A DNA stretch of 64,000 bases, from NCBI GenBank assembly GCA_000146045.2, contig BK006941.2, positions 544,001-608,000 of the forward strand. Reading direction: 5' to 3'. This document shows positions 1 to 14,148 of this stretch, piece after piece; the stretch's first letter is position 1; each line of letters opens with the position of its first letter. Below the pieces are notes generated by a model. It saw only the letters and a list, made by a program, of their open reading frames with translations. It searched no databases and was not told the origin of the DNA. The translations under genes and the position numbers were made by a program. This DNA comes from TPA_inf: Saccharomyces (lineage: Eukaryota).

Positions 1-1
1 T

Positions 2-205
2 ATCTTCTCACATATTTATCCTTGCAACTGGTGTGCTAAAGACTTTGAAAAATATATCAGAGAAAATGCACCACAAGTTGAGTCAAGAGAAGAACTTGGG
101 AGGTGGATGTGTGAAGCCCACAATAAAGTCAATAAGAAATTGAGGAAGCCCAAATTTGACTGTAATTTCTGGGAAAAAAGATGGAAGGACGGCTGGGACG
201 AATAA
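2..205 (+). CDS. ERV1: C-terminal part (partial, 5' end outside window) of flavin-linked sulfhydryl oxidase ERV1
   Basis: Open frame from window position 2 to the TAA at 203-205. It translates to ...YPCNWCAKDFEKYIRENAPQVESREELGRWMCEAHNKVNKKLRKPKFDCNFWEKRWKDGWDE, with the CxxC motif of the ERV/ALR family. It sits next to tD(GUC) and POP6, as in yeast chrVII. Confidence 0.8.
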   Translation: MFSHIYPCNWCAKDFEKYIRENAPQVESREELGRWMCEAHNKVNKKLRKPKFDCNFWEKRWKDGWDE

Positions 206-576
206 GTACAATCTCAGAATTCTGAAGGAACACATAAAAGACAATTTATACATATTTACAGATTCTCGTGTATATAACACTCCAATCGTATTGATCAGTC
301 ATATGTTGGCTTTTTTATTTAGGCTTGAGCTCTAACTTTCCAGATGAATGACTTTTCTACTAATATATGTTAGGATTAATAGTTTTATATGTATAAAAAT
401 ATTTAGTCAGTATTTAGCTAAAAAGTTTACTTTCAAAGAATTGTCATGTTTGCAGCTAGTGCCTCTGGTCTTTTGAGTATTCCCAGCCCTTGTTTAGAGG
501 TCATCAAGAATGAACTTGAAATTAGCCGTATCAGTGGTATTAACCTCTTCTAAGAAGAGCAGAAAAAGAAAAAAAT

Positions 577-648
577 CTCCGCGACGGGGAATTGAACCCC
601 GATCTGGCACGCGACAAGCGCCCATTCTGACCATTAAACTATCACGGA
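577..648 (-). tRNA. tD(GUC): tRNA-Asp (anticodon GUC), 72 nt, no intron
   Basis: The reverse complement reads TCCGTGATAGTTTAATGGTCAGAATGGGCGCTTGTCGCGTGCCAGATCGGGGTTCAATTCCCCGTCGCGGAG. This is identical to the yeast tRNA-Asp sequence I remember. It has a cloverleaf with a GTC anticodon and a T-loop GGTTCAATTCC. Confidence 0.9.
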
Positions 649-1369
649 AGAAATATCTGTGAAATGTGACTCTTATAGCATACTATTTTAGTTATGAATT
701 GTGAAAATCCTCCCTGTCCTGCGTTCTACAATTTATTTAGTACTTGTTTGGCAAAAACGTCTCTCAGTGCCATTTACTTTGTAAAAAGTGCAGACTACAT
801 CGCATCAACGGTCATATTAGGAGCCACTTCTATTTTTAACTCAACATGATCATTCAAAAATGTCGATACACTTGCATTTTATTGTACATACTAGTTGGAA
901 GAGGCAGCGTCGATTTTGCTGAAATTTCTAGTAACTTGTAGCAGCAATACATTATATCATAAAAATAACCTGACTTGTAAAAGTTGAAACCCTAACTTTT
1001 ATTATTTCTTTCAATATTTTTCGATTAGACGTGAAAGATGACCAAGCACAACTAACAAAAAATTTGCATCCTCATAAAAAGCAAGACTTTTTGTATGTCG
1101 AAACAAAATTATTAAAAAACACGCATTAACACAGACACGAATTTGGCATACTTTCATTTTACTTTATATCTAGTGAAAAGTAGAAATTGTTTAAGGGAAC
1201 TACTTCACAGTGACCACTGATACTAGAATATGGAAATAAGAAAAGTTGCTAAGTAGGAGCCTAACAATCTTTTTTTATATTTTTCCATATTCCTTTATTG
1301 TCATGGGTCAAGACTGTATATGTTAGTGAAAGTTTTAGGGTTCTTGTGACAAACTTCACCAACATAAAC

Positions 1370-1566
1370 ATGGCCTCTTCGAAGATCCGTAGATTTTGCA
1401 TTTTTGCGGTGGTTTATGGATTCAAAGCGAGGCCTAAATTAACGATCATGTCTTTGCTATTATATCAGAGGGCATATCATTGAATTTCCGATTTCCAAAG
1501 GGAAGAAAATAAATAAAGTTGTGCTATTTCCATGCATCCTTTTTTCTTTCATTCAATGACACATAC
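1370..1566 (+). ncRNA. SNR46: Probable H/ACA box snoRNA (snR46-like), ~197 nt
   Basis: Hairpin 1 pairs GGCCTC (1372-1377) with GAGGCC (1429-1434) and has an extended stem. The hinge AAATTA at 1436-1441 fits the H box ANANNA. Hairpin 2 is closed by TCATTGAA (1477-1484) pairing with TTCAATGA (1552-1559). ACA follows immediately, about 3 nt before the predicted 3' end. The size and position between tD(GUC) and POP6 match my memory of SNR46. The 61-aa ORF at 1298..1483 overlapping it is presumably spurious. Confidence 0.5.
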
Positions 1567-1680
1567 TTCTTGTAGTAGGAACAATTGGTAGTTCTGATAT
1601 CGATTAAGCCTTCTAAAAATGCTTTATATTATAAAGTACAAATGCAAGAAGTAGCTATGGATGCTAAAGAGCTGGTCGAT

Positions 1681-2157
1681 TTATTGTTTGGTGAATGAAT
1701 GTAGGTTTAAATCAATGATCTCTGAATCAGAAACAAGGGTGACCAAAATTGGAACCTTGAGCCTTTCTTCCTGTAGTTCATTTCTGCCTTCTCTTTTTAT
1801 ATCGAACGATGTTAATTTATTCCACTGATAAATTTTCTTATTGTTCTTAATATAACCCTTTTTAAATATTTCCAAAATACTTAACATTTTTTGAATATGT
1901 GGACCGTAAGAGAATATACAAACTACTTGTTGTAGACCCAAACTTCTATCTGCCATGTTGATTTGTTTATCTAACTTATTTACAGACTTCTTAATGTTAT
2001 CGTTCTTCGATATGCCATGATACTGTATTGATGTACTGTTGTTACCATTATTTGCTAAGGACGGTATAACTGTTTCTTTGAGAAACCGAAGACATTGAGT
2101 GGAGGAAGAGATATCCAAATCTCTACTAATTTCATTGTAATATACGCCATTGATCAT
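1681..2157 (-). CDS. POP6: RNase P / RNase MRP protein subunit Pop6 (158 aa)
   Basis: Complete 158-aa ORF, the size of POP6 (YGR030C), in the expected position between ERV1/tD(GUC) and IMO32. Named from memory of the gene order and size. Confidence 0.7.
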   Translation of the reverse strand: MINGVYYNEISRDLDISSSTQCLRFLKETVIPSLANNGNNSTSIQYHGISKNDNIKKSVNKLDKQINMADRSLGLQQVVCIFSYGPHIQKMLSILEIFKKGYIKNNKKIYQWNKLTSFDIKREGRNELQEERLKVPILVTLVSDSEIIDLNLHSFTKQ

Positions 2158-2440
2158 TTTGATTTGCTTTTATCTTTTTTTCTTCTTCTTCTTTTCAATC
2201 TCTTCCAAACAATCTTGGCCTCATCTTCATGGAATTTTTCGAAATACTCATCAGCAAGTGTCCGATGCCTTCTCAATTTTTTCCAAGAGCGTGCGGGGGT
2301 TGGTTATCCAGTACATGTGTTGCTTGAAACTGCCAACAAAAAAGAAAAGAAAATAAGAATATATTAGTACGCCAATAGTAAACGTCACCCCGAGGTTTAA
2401 AAACTAACCGTGATATACGAGGAGAATTGGTAACGGTACA

Positions 2441-3469
2441 ATGATGATACTGGGTAAAGCCGGGATCCTGGCACAGTATGGGACAATATATGTGAGACAA
2501 AATACCATTCGGAATAATTTAAGTTCCTGCATTTTTAAGCAGTCACTATGTGCCTTTCATTCATTAGCAAAGGTGCTGCAACAAAAGCAAGTCCCACTGG
2601 ACCTTTCATATGACATAATCAAGAGAGATGCAGTAAAAACTGGGGATGAAGGGAAGCCAAGACCACCTATTATCATACTTCACGGCTTATTCGGTAACAA
2701 GCTCAACAACCGAAGCATTGGCCGTAACCTTAACAAGAAATTGGGAAGAGACGTGTATCTGCTGGACCTAAGAAATCATGGATCCTCACCACACAGTTCA
2801 GTCCATAACTACGAAGTCATGTCGGAAGACGTGAAACACTTTATCACAAAGCACGAATTAAACACCAATGGAGGCCCTATTATAATAGGACACTCAATGG
2901 GTGGTAAAGTTGCCATGATGCTGGTCCTGAAAAACCCGCAACTTTGTTCGATGTTAGTCTGTATAGAGAACGCTCCGGTGAGTTTGCGCCCTAACGCTGA
3001 GTTTGTCGAATACATCAAAGCGCTGATGGAAATCGTCAACGACAAGGGCAAAACTATCCGCACGCTGAAACAGGCTGATGAACACCTTGCAGAGAGGATC
3101 GGCGGCAATGAGCTAGTAAGGCGGTTTCTCCTAACGGCGCTGAAAAAGGTCAAGATGGACAATTCATCGTCTGTGTCGTCATATACATTCGAAGAACGAA
3201 TTCCCCTCGCAACACTGAAAGATGCCATTGTCAAAGGTGAAATTGCCGCGTGGCCCCTAGATCCTGCTCGTGAACGATGGACGCGGCCTGCGCTATTCAT
3301 CAGGGCTACTCAATCGCATTATGTGGTAGACGAGTATCTTCCGATCATCGGCGCGTTCTTTCCACGCTTTGAAACACGTGACATCGATGCGGGTCACTGG
3401 GTAAATGCGGAGAAGCCTGGGGAATGTGCCGAAAGCATCGTCGATTTTGTGGAGCGGCACGAGGATTAA
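2441..3469 (+). CDS. IMO32: Alpha/beta-hydrolase-fold mitochondrial protein (342 aa)
   Basis: Complete 342-aa ORF. It has the HGLFGN oxyanion-hole motif and the GHSMGG nucleophile elbow (GxSxG) of alpha/beta hydrolases. Size and position match YGR031W. Confidence 0.75.
   Translation: MMILGKAGILAQYGTIYVRQNTIRNNLSSCIFKQSLCAFHSLAKVLQQKQVPLDLSYDIIKRDAVKTGDEGKPRPPIIILHGLFGNKLNNRSIGRNLNKKLGRDVYLLDLRNHGSSPHSSVHNYEVMSEDVKHFITKHELNTNGGPIIIGHSMGGKVAMMLVLKNPQLCSMLVCIENAPVSLRPNAEFVEYIKALMEIVNDKGKTIRTLKQADEHLAERIGGNELVRRFLLTALKKVKMDNSSSVSSYTFEERIPLATLKDAIVKGEIAAWPLDPARERWTRPALFIRATQSHYVVDEYLPIIGAFFPRFETRDIDAGHWVNAEKPGECAESIVDFVERHED
2809..3300 (-). CDS. NAG1: Nested antisense ORF (163 aa) entirely inside IMO32; matches the length of NAG1 (YGR031C-A)
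   Basis: A 163-aa ATG-to-stop ORF on the opposite strand within the GC-rich 3' half of IMO32. NAG1 is reported as a 163-aa nested antisense gene of YGR031W (from memory). The high local GC content also inflates ORF length by chance, so confidence is moderate. Confidence 0.4.
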   Translation of the reverse strand: MNSAGRVHRSRAGSRGHAAISPLTMASFSVARGIRSSNVYDDTDDELSILTFFSAVRRNRLTSSLPPILSARCSSACFSVRIVLPLSLTISISALMYSTNSALGRKLTGAFSIQTNIEQSCGFFRTSIMATLPPIECPIIIGPPLVFNSCFVIKCFTSSDMTS

Positions 3470-3502
3470 AGGCAAGCGCCCCGGAGCAAGGTGCCAGTAG
3501 CA

Positions 3503-3523
3503 CCAGTCGGTGGCTGTGCGCTT
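3503..3523 (+). promoter_or_regulatory. Candidate calcineurin/Crz1-dependent response element (CDRE) in the GSC2 (FKS2) promoter
   Basis: The sequence CAGTCGGTGGCTGTGCGCTTG contains the Crz1 core GNGGC(T/G)(G/C)A-like GTGGCTG. It lies about 750 bp upstream of the GSC2 ATG, where the FKS2 CDRE was mapped (from memory). Confidence 0.4.
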
Positions 3524-4251
3524 GCCGTAGCACATGACATACGGACTATTGTGTGAGTGGTGATGGGGTGTAGGCAGTGCCACACCAGTTTAAAGGCCTA
3601 GTAACGGCAAATCGCCAAAAGAGATGATGCTGATGCATACGATAAGATCGTCAGTTTCACGTTCGCGGTTCGAACATGGAATTGTGGCTAAAGAAATTTG
3701 GGCGGTATGATGCAAATGAGGTGTACGTATGTATATATAGCAAAGAGTAGAATAAAATGAGATAAAGCCTCGTTCGTTCTCTCCATTTCTTCCCTGTTTC
3801 TCCTTTATTTTCTCTACTGCTTATTTCGAGTTCACCAGAGAACAAGAGAGCAGGAACGCAAAGAGTGTGTGACACGAAATTCAAGATACAAAAATAAAAG
3901 CTTACGTTGTGTATTTCAACTGGTGTGCTAAGAATAGAGTTTCATAAAGTACTGCATTTATTCATATATTATTTTTGTTATTTGTATATATACTTCACAC
4001 TTAGAGTTCTACTAAAAGTCTACCCAGCACGCATCCTTCGTTTATTTTTACATCTCTCTTTTGCTTTTCCTTTTTTTTTTTGGTGCTTGCTAGATACTAC
4101 TGAAGATCAAAGGTTACAAAGAACGCCGCATATATTTTCTGCAGGCATATTAAAGAAGTTACAAAAGGATTAATCGAAGCGCTGTTTGGATACACTCCTG
4201 TAAAGAGAAGAAAAGGAAAAAAATAAAAAGTGGACAATAAATAATTATTAA

Positions 4252-9951
<5,700 letters not shown>

Positions 9952-10247
9952 TTTTTTTAGTTTACAATCTATTTTTGTTTCTAAGCAAGTTTATCACGCA
10001 AATACATAAGTATATTTTTACTTTCTATTCTTCCTAGTTTATATTTATTTCATTGTAACTTTCTTAGAAGCTCGGTCCTCTCGCTATATAGTAGGATCTG
10101 CAACATATTTGGATGTGGGTGGGCGTTCTCCTTCTTTTTTAGATGTAAGGTCCAACACGTATAACAGGTGATACACATAGAAAGACACGTGGAAATAACA
10201 GTCATTTACGAATATTTAAAACCTGAGCAACTCCGTCAAATTTGATC

Positions 10248-10967
10248 TTAATCTTTTCTGGGGCCCCATCTAATTCCCAGAAAGCCCTTCGAATTAGAAA
10301 CCGGATGCAATTTTGGCTTGATCAAATAGTAACGCTTCTCTCCGGGAACATCAACGTACATGTTGATAAAGTCAGGTTGATAATTCTGTTTGGATTCTTT
10401 AGCCTCTAAGTGAACCAACGCTATTTTCTTTTTGGATTCAACGTGGAATCTCATATAGTGATGTGTCCTACCTTCTTTATCTAATTTTTTGGTAGATACT
10501 ATAGGCCTGTTTCTTGTCCATTTGTCATTCGTTATAAGCTCACCGTACGCTTTCAATCTTTCTTTTCCCGTAATGCCATCGTCGCACTGTAACAAACTTC
10601 TTATATCTTTGTTTTTCTCTACCATAGAAACTGCTCTGTTGAAAAGCTGTGTATCACCTGAAGGCGAAAATAGTTCTGAAAGAATTAGGTAAATAACAAT
10701 AGCAGATATACCAACAGCTCCTATCACAAGTATGCCAGAAAAGGTGAACGTAGAAGCGGATTTTACTTGAGGCCATAATGGCTTAGGTTTATTCCTAGTC
10801 TTGTCATCCTTCTTTCCTGATGTTGCGCCGGTGCCATTACTATATAATCTTGTTCTAAGCAGTGACGTATGAGTTATTACCGATGAGTTCACGAAAGTAT
10901 TATATCGTGGAAACAAAGGCTTTCTATGTCCTAAACGGAGTAAAGACCTAGGCAAACTTGAGCTCAT
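10248..10967 (-). CDS. TIM21: Mitochondrial inner-membrane presequence translocase subunit Tim21 (239 aa)
   Basis: Complete 239-aa ORF with an N-terminal presequence-like region (MSSSLPRSLLRLGHRKPLFPRY...) and one hydrophobic segment. Size and position match YGR033C. Confidence 0.7.
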   Translation of the reverse strand: MSSSLPRSLLRLGHRKPLFPRYNTFVNSSVITHTSLLRTRLYSNGTGATSGKKDDKTRNKPKPLWPQVKSASTFTFSGILVIGAVGISAIVIYLILSELFSPSGDTQLFNRAVSMVEKNKDIRSLLQCDDGITGKERLKAYGELITNDKWTRNRPIVSTKKLDKEGRTHHYMRFHVESKKKIALVHLEAKESKQNYQPDFINMYVDVPGEKRYYLIKPKLHPVSNSKGFLGIRWGPRKD

Positions 10968-11240
10968 TGTTTAAACTTGGAGTCAGGAAAATAATATACG
11001 AATGATTTTACCAACCTGATATCTAAAATTAAATTTAGAACTATAACCTGCTGTCACTGGCGGAAAAATACGCCCTCAGGTTTGACCTAGTAGAGCTGAA
11101 CATCTTTTCACTGCTTTCTGTATCCTTTATTTATTGGAGCTTCCGAAACTTCCCAAGAAAAGTGAAGAAAAAACCAGGAAAATCAAAAGACATGACGCAT
11201 ATAATGTACACCTTTTTTTTTTCGCGGCCAAAAATTTAAC

Positions 11241-11332
11241 CTACTCATCTAGATCAGTGGTTGGTAGAGCAGTATTCCGTCATTTTTCATGTCCAGGTTC
11301 GAAGCTGACCTGGTATTATCCGGTTTTTTTTC
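11241..11332 (+). ncRNA. ZOD1: Degenerate tRNA-like RNA polymerase III locus (relic tRNA gene; ZOD1-like)
   Basis: The A-box-like motif TAGATCAGTGG (11250-11260) fits the consensus TRGCNNAGTGG. The B-box-like motif GGTTCGAAGCT (11297-11307) fits GGTTCGANTCC. These are followed by a T8 run (11324-11331), a Pol III terminator. The segment does not fold into a complete cloverleaf: the D-loop is over-long and the T-stem is bulged. I recall a ZOD1 Pol III-bound locus in the TIM21-RPL26B intergenic region. Confidence 0.4.
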
Positions 11333-11490
11333 TTGTTGACCAATAGGAAAAAAAAAAATTAAAATAAAGTCACAGAAATTCAATGAATATTATAAATTTT
11401 TCTTGTTTGTTTCCCTAGTTGTTATTTTTATAAAAAAAATTCTTGTAGACAATAAAATAAGAAATGCCCATTTTGTAACTTAGCGAAAGA

Positions 11491-11522
11491 TGCCCAGTAC
11501 ATCCCTTTTACACCCGTGCATT
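11491..11522 (+). promoter_or_regulatory. Pair of Rap1-like binding sites in the RPL26B promoter
   Basis: TACACCCGTGCATT at 11509-11522 resembles the Rap1 consensus ACACCCRYACAYM. An inverted partial copy GGGATGTACTGGGCA lies at 11491-11504 on the minus strand. Both are about 300 bp upstream of the RPL26B ATG, a typical arrangement for ribosomal-protein gene promoters. Confidence 0.35.
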
Positions 11523-11811
11523 AAAGGTGTTTGGGTTTAATAGGAGCTTTATCATATCTCTTTGATTTTTTTTCTGCTGTCCTCGGCTTGAGGGACTCAC
11601 AGAGATCTGGAAATTTTCAGATTGTCAGTGCTTAGGATGGGTTGTCAGTAGACGGTGGCCGCCGTGGATGGGAAATCTCATACGTTTACACACATAGTGT
11701 TTGGAAATTAATAGTAGCAATAGCTATCTGGCTACTGTTTTAAAGTATTAGCCCGTTCTCAGTGCTTCTTTTTTAAGGAATAACAACGGCAAGACCAAAG
11801 ATATATCAAAT

Positions 11812-11980
11812 ATGGCTAAGCAATCTCTAGGTATGTTTGGAGGATACGAATAACGATAGAAAACATGAGTGAATTTCCGTCCACGAAAAAATGTTAACAT
11901 AAAATGCAAGAGAACAATTAATCGAATAATGTTAAATTATTGTAAAACAATGTGTATGATGAGGAGGAATGTACCTAAGC

Positions 11981-12014
<34 letters not shown>

Positions 12015-12672
12015 AACAGCTTTTGCATATTCAATCCAGGCATAGGGCGACTATTTAGCACTCAACGATTTTTAAGCTTGTGTATTGCTGACATAAATTC
12101 CGGCTTTAGAATCCAATATTGAAAAACGTGAGTACGCAGAGGAGATAGAAGAAAAGTAGGAAGTTACCGTTTATATTGATTTGTGAAATGCATACTCCGT
12201 TGGATGTGGGGCAACATAGATTTAAGTGTGGATGAAAATTATGTGCTCATTGTGAAAAAAAAGTTTTGCTTTTACTAACAAATTTTTTTATTATTTGTTT
12301 TCAATAGACGTTTCCTCTGACAGAAGAAAGGCCAGAAAGGCTTATTTCACTGCTCCATCCTCTGAACGTCGTGTTTTGTTATCTGCTCCATTATCCAAGG
12401 AATTGAGAGCTCAATATGGTATCAAGGCTTTGCCAATCAGAAGAGACGATGAAGTCTTGGTTGTTCGTGGTTCCAAGAAGGGTCAAGAAGGTAAGATTTC
12501 ATCTGTTTACAGATTGAAGTTTGCTGTTCAAGTTGACAAGGTCACCAAGGAAAAGGTCAACGGTGCTTCCGTTCCAATTAACTTGCACCCATCCAAGCTT
12601 GTTATCACTAAGTTACACTTGGACAAGGACAGAAAGGCTTTGATCCAAAGAAAGGGTGGTAAATTGGAATAA
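11812..12672 (+). CDS. RPL26B: Ribosomal 60S subunit protein L26B; two exons (11812..11830 and 12308..12672) split by a 477-nt intron
   Basis: Exon 1 is ATGGCTAAGCAATCTCTAG, followed by the canonical 5' splice site GTATGT at 11831. The branchpoint TACTAAC is at 12283-12289 and the 3' splice site (C)AG at 12305-12307. The spliced product is [31 protein letters not shown]... (127 aa), which is the L26 sequence. The intron carries an A run of about 31 nt at 11982-12012. Confidence 0.9.
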
Positions 12673-13071
12673 ACTAGCTCGACTTTAACATAGATCATAC
12701 AAAAAATACAATAAATAAATCCTGTGTTTCTTTTATGTATATTTTTTATCAATTTCAATTTAGTTTAGTTTAGTTTCTTTAAAAATAAAATTGTAATTTC
12801 TCACATTCTGCCTTCGGGTCTCAAGGGCTGGTTGGTAGACGAATGCGCTTGTTTCTAGCTGAGCGGCAGATGCATGAATTCAATGCAAGAAAATGAGAAA
12901 ACTTCCAATATTAAAATGTGATTGTTAATTATTAGTATATTTATGACAATATATATATGTACATAGGGTGATTATGAAGATGAGTAAGATGCGAATGGAT
13001 ATGAGGATATGAATCTTTTTAGAGACAATGAAGATGCAAAGAAGTAGTTAAGCACATTGACCTCAGGGTTG

Positions 13072-13422
13072 CTATATGCTACTTTTAGTCCGTTGGATTT
13101 CTGAAGCAGTATTGGCCACAAAAATTTCTTCATTATTTCTACGATTAGAGTTTCTTCTGGATTTTTCTCGTCCCTGAGACTTACTCCTTTTCAAGTCATT
13201 TTCAGCAGCAGCTTTGATTAAATCATATCTTGTGATTTTACTTGGAGAGCTATTGTGATGGGAACTTTGTCTGCATGTGACTGTATTAGTCAGAGATGTT
13301 ATGGGCTTAACCATAAGGGAAGAAACTATGGCACGCATGAATGAATTACTGCTTTTACTGCTGTCATCTGTTGAGTTTGCTGAGTCTTCCGTTCTTGTAG
13401 TCTTGGCTGGTGTGAGTAACAT
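13072..13422 (-). CDS. Small Ser/Asn-rich protein of unknown function (116 aa), YGR035C-like
   Basis: Complete 116-aa ORF in the position and size of YGR035C. Its upstream region carries PDRE motifs (next feature), consistent with a Pdr1/Pdr3/Yrr1-regulated gene. Confidence 0.55.
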   Translation of the reverse strand: MLLTPAKTTRTEDSANSTDDSSKSSNSFMRAIVSSLMVKPITSLTNTVTCRQSSHHNSSPSKITRYDLIKAAAENDLKRSKSQGREKSRRNSNRRNNEEIFVANTASEIQRTKSSI

Positions 13423-13668
13423 TACGTATTGTTTCTGTAGAGAAGATAACTTATAACTTCCGTCTTGTCACTAGTTGTTTTAATTATATGTTTGTTACAA
13501 GTTTTTATGTATAGATATATGTTACAACTTTTAGAAGTATTGTGGACATAACAGAGAGAAGGGAATGTTGCTATATTTATATATTTTATATATTGCCCTC
13601 AAAACTGTATCTCATCTTTTTTTCTGCAATCCTTGCTTTCGTAATCTAAGTGTGGGTGACATGCTAAA

Positions 13669-13840
13669 TCCGCGGCTTTCCTTAAGCTTTTTCACAAACC
13701 ATCTATTATGTCCAGAAGCTCCGCTGATTATCCGTGGAAAAGGGTCTTATTCTGCCGTAGGAAACTTCTTCTCGAGAAAAAAGTGAGTTCACCCGCGGCG
13801 CTCTCGTAAAACCCGAGGGCCGATTCTTTCCCTCCGTGGA
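13669..13840 (+). promoter_or_regulatory. Cluster of pleiotropic-drug-response elements (PDREs) upstream of the 13072..13422 gene
   Basis: TCCGCGGC at 13669-13676 is a 7/8 match to the PDRE TCCGCGGA. Two exact copies of the functional variant TCCGTGGA lie at 13731-13738 and 13833-13840. There is an additional CCGCGG at about 13794-13799. These sites are 250-420 bp upstream of the minus-strand ATG at 13422. Confidence 0.45.
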
Positions 13841-14148
13841 ACAATCGGCCCCGCGGCGTCAGAGGGTATTATCTCCGCAAGTGATAGAACTCACATTTAT
13901 TCTACGTTCTGCATGGTTTTGATTATCTTCTTTTGCACGATGTCACATACTTTTTCGATTACCGTCGCTTTACACAGTAACTGTTTAAAACGAGCGTTCT
14001 TAATTAATAACTGTAGGAGAGCAGGCTTTCGGCTTTCTTTATGAGAAATAAGGACTACTCCAGCTTGCCAAGTTTTATCCAGTTACACAAACGCTCAAGA
14101 TCGCCTCGCTAAAATAGATGAAAAAATAAGAAAAATGAAATGTTCAAC

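Noticed and set aside
1298-1483. 61-aa ORF on the plus strand
   Set aside because: It overlaps the first hairpin and H box of the probable H/ACA snoRNA, and has no coding features.
2095-2367. 90-aa and 68-aa plus-strand ORFs at the POP6 5' end and promoter
   Set aside because: They overlap the POP6 start on the opposite strand and the T/CTT-rich divergent promoter. They are low-complexity F/L-rich translations typical of AT-rich promoter DNA.
3293-3583. 96-aa and 62-aa minus-strand ORFs spanning the IMO32 stop and GSC2 upstream region
   Set aside because: They lie in a GC-rich segment where long ORFs arise by chance. The 62-aa ORF is Arg/Pro/Ala-rich, typical of a GC-composition artefact. 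They are mentioned in the findings but not called as genes.
11296-11316. Stem-loop CCAGGT-TCGAAGCTG-ACCTGG followed by a T run, considered as a rho-independent terminator
   Set aside because: This is a eukaryotic genome. In context it is better explained as the decayed T-arm of a tRNA-like Pol III unit with its poly-T terminator.
13565-13786. 73-aa plus-strand ORF
   Set aside because: It overlaps the PDRE cluster in the promoter of the 13072..13422 gene, and its translation is low-complexity.
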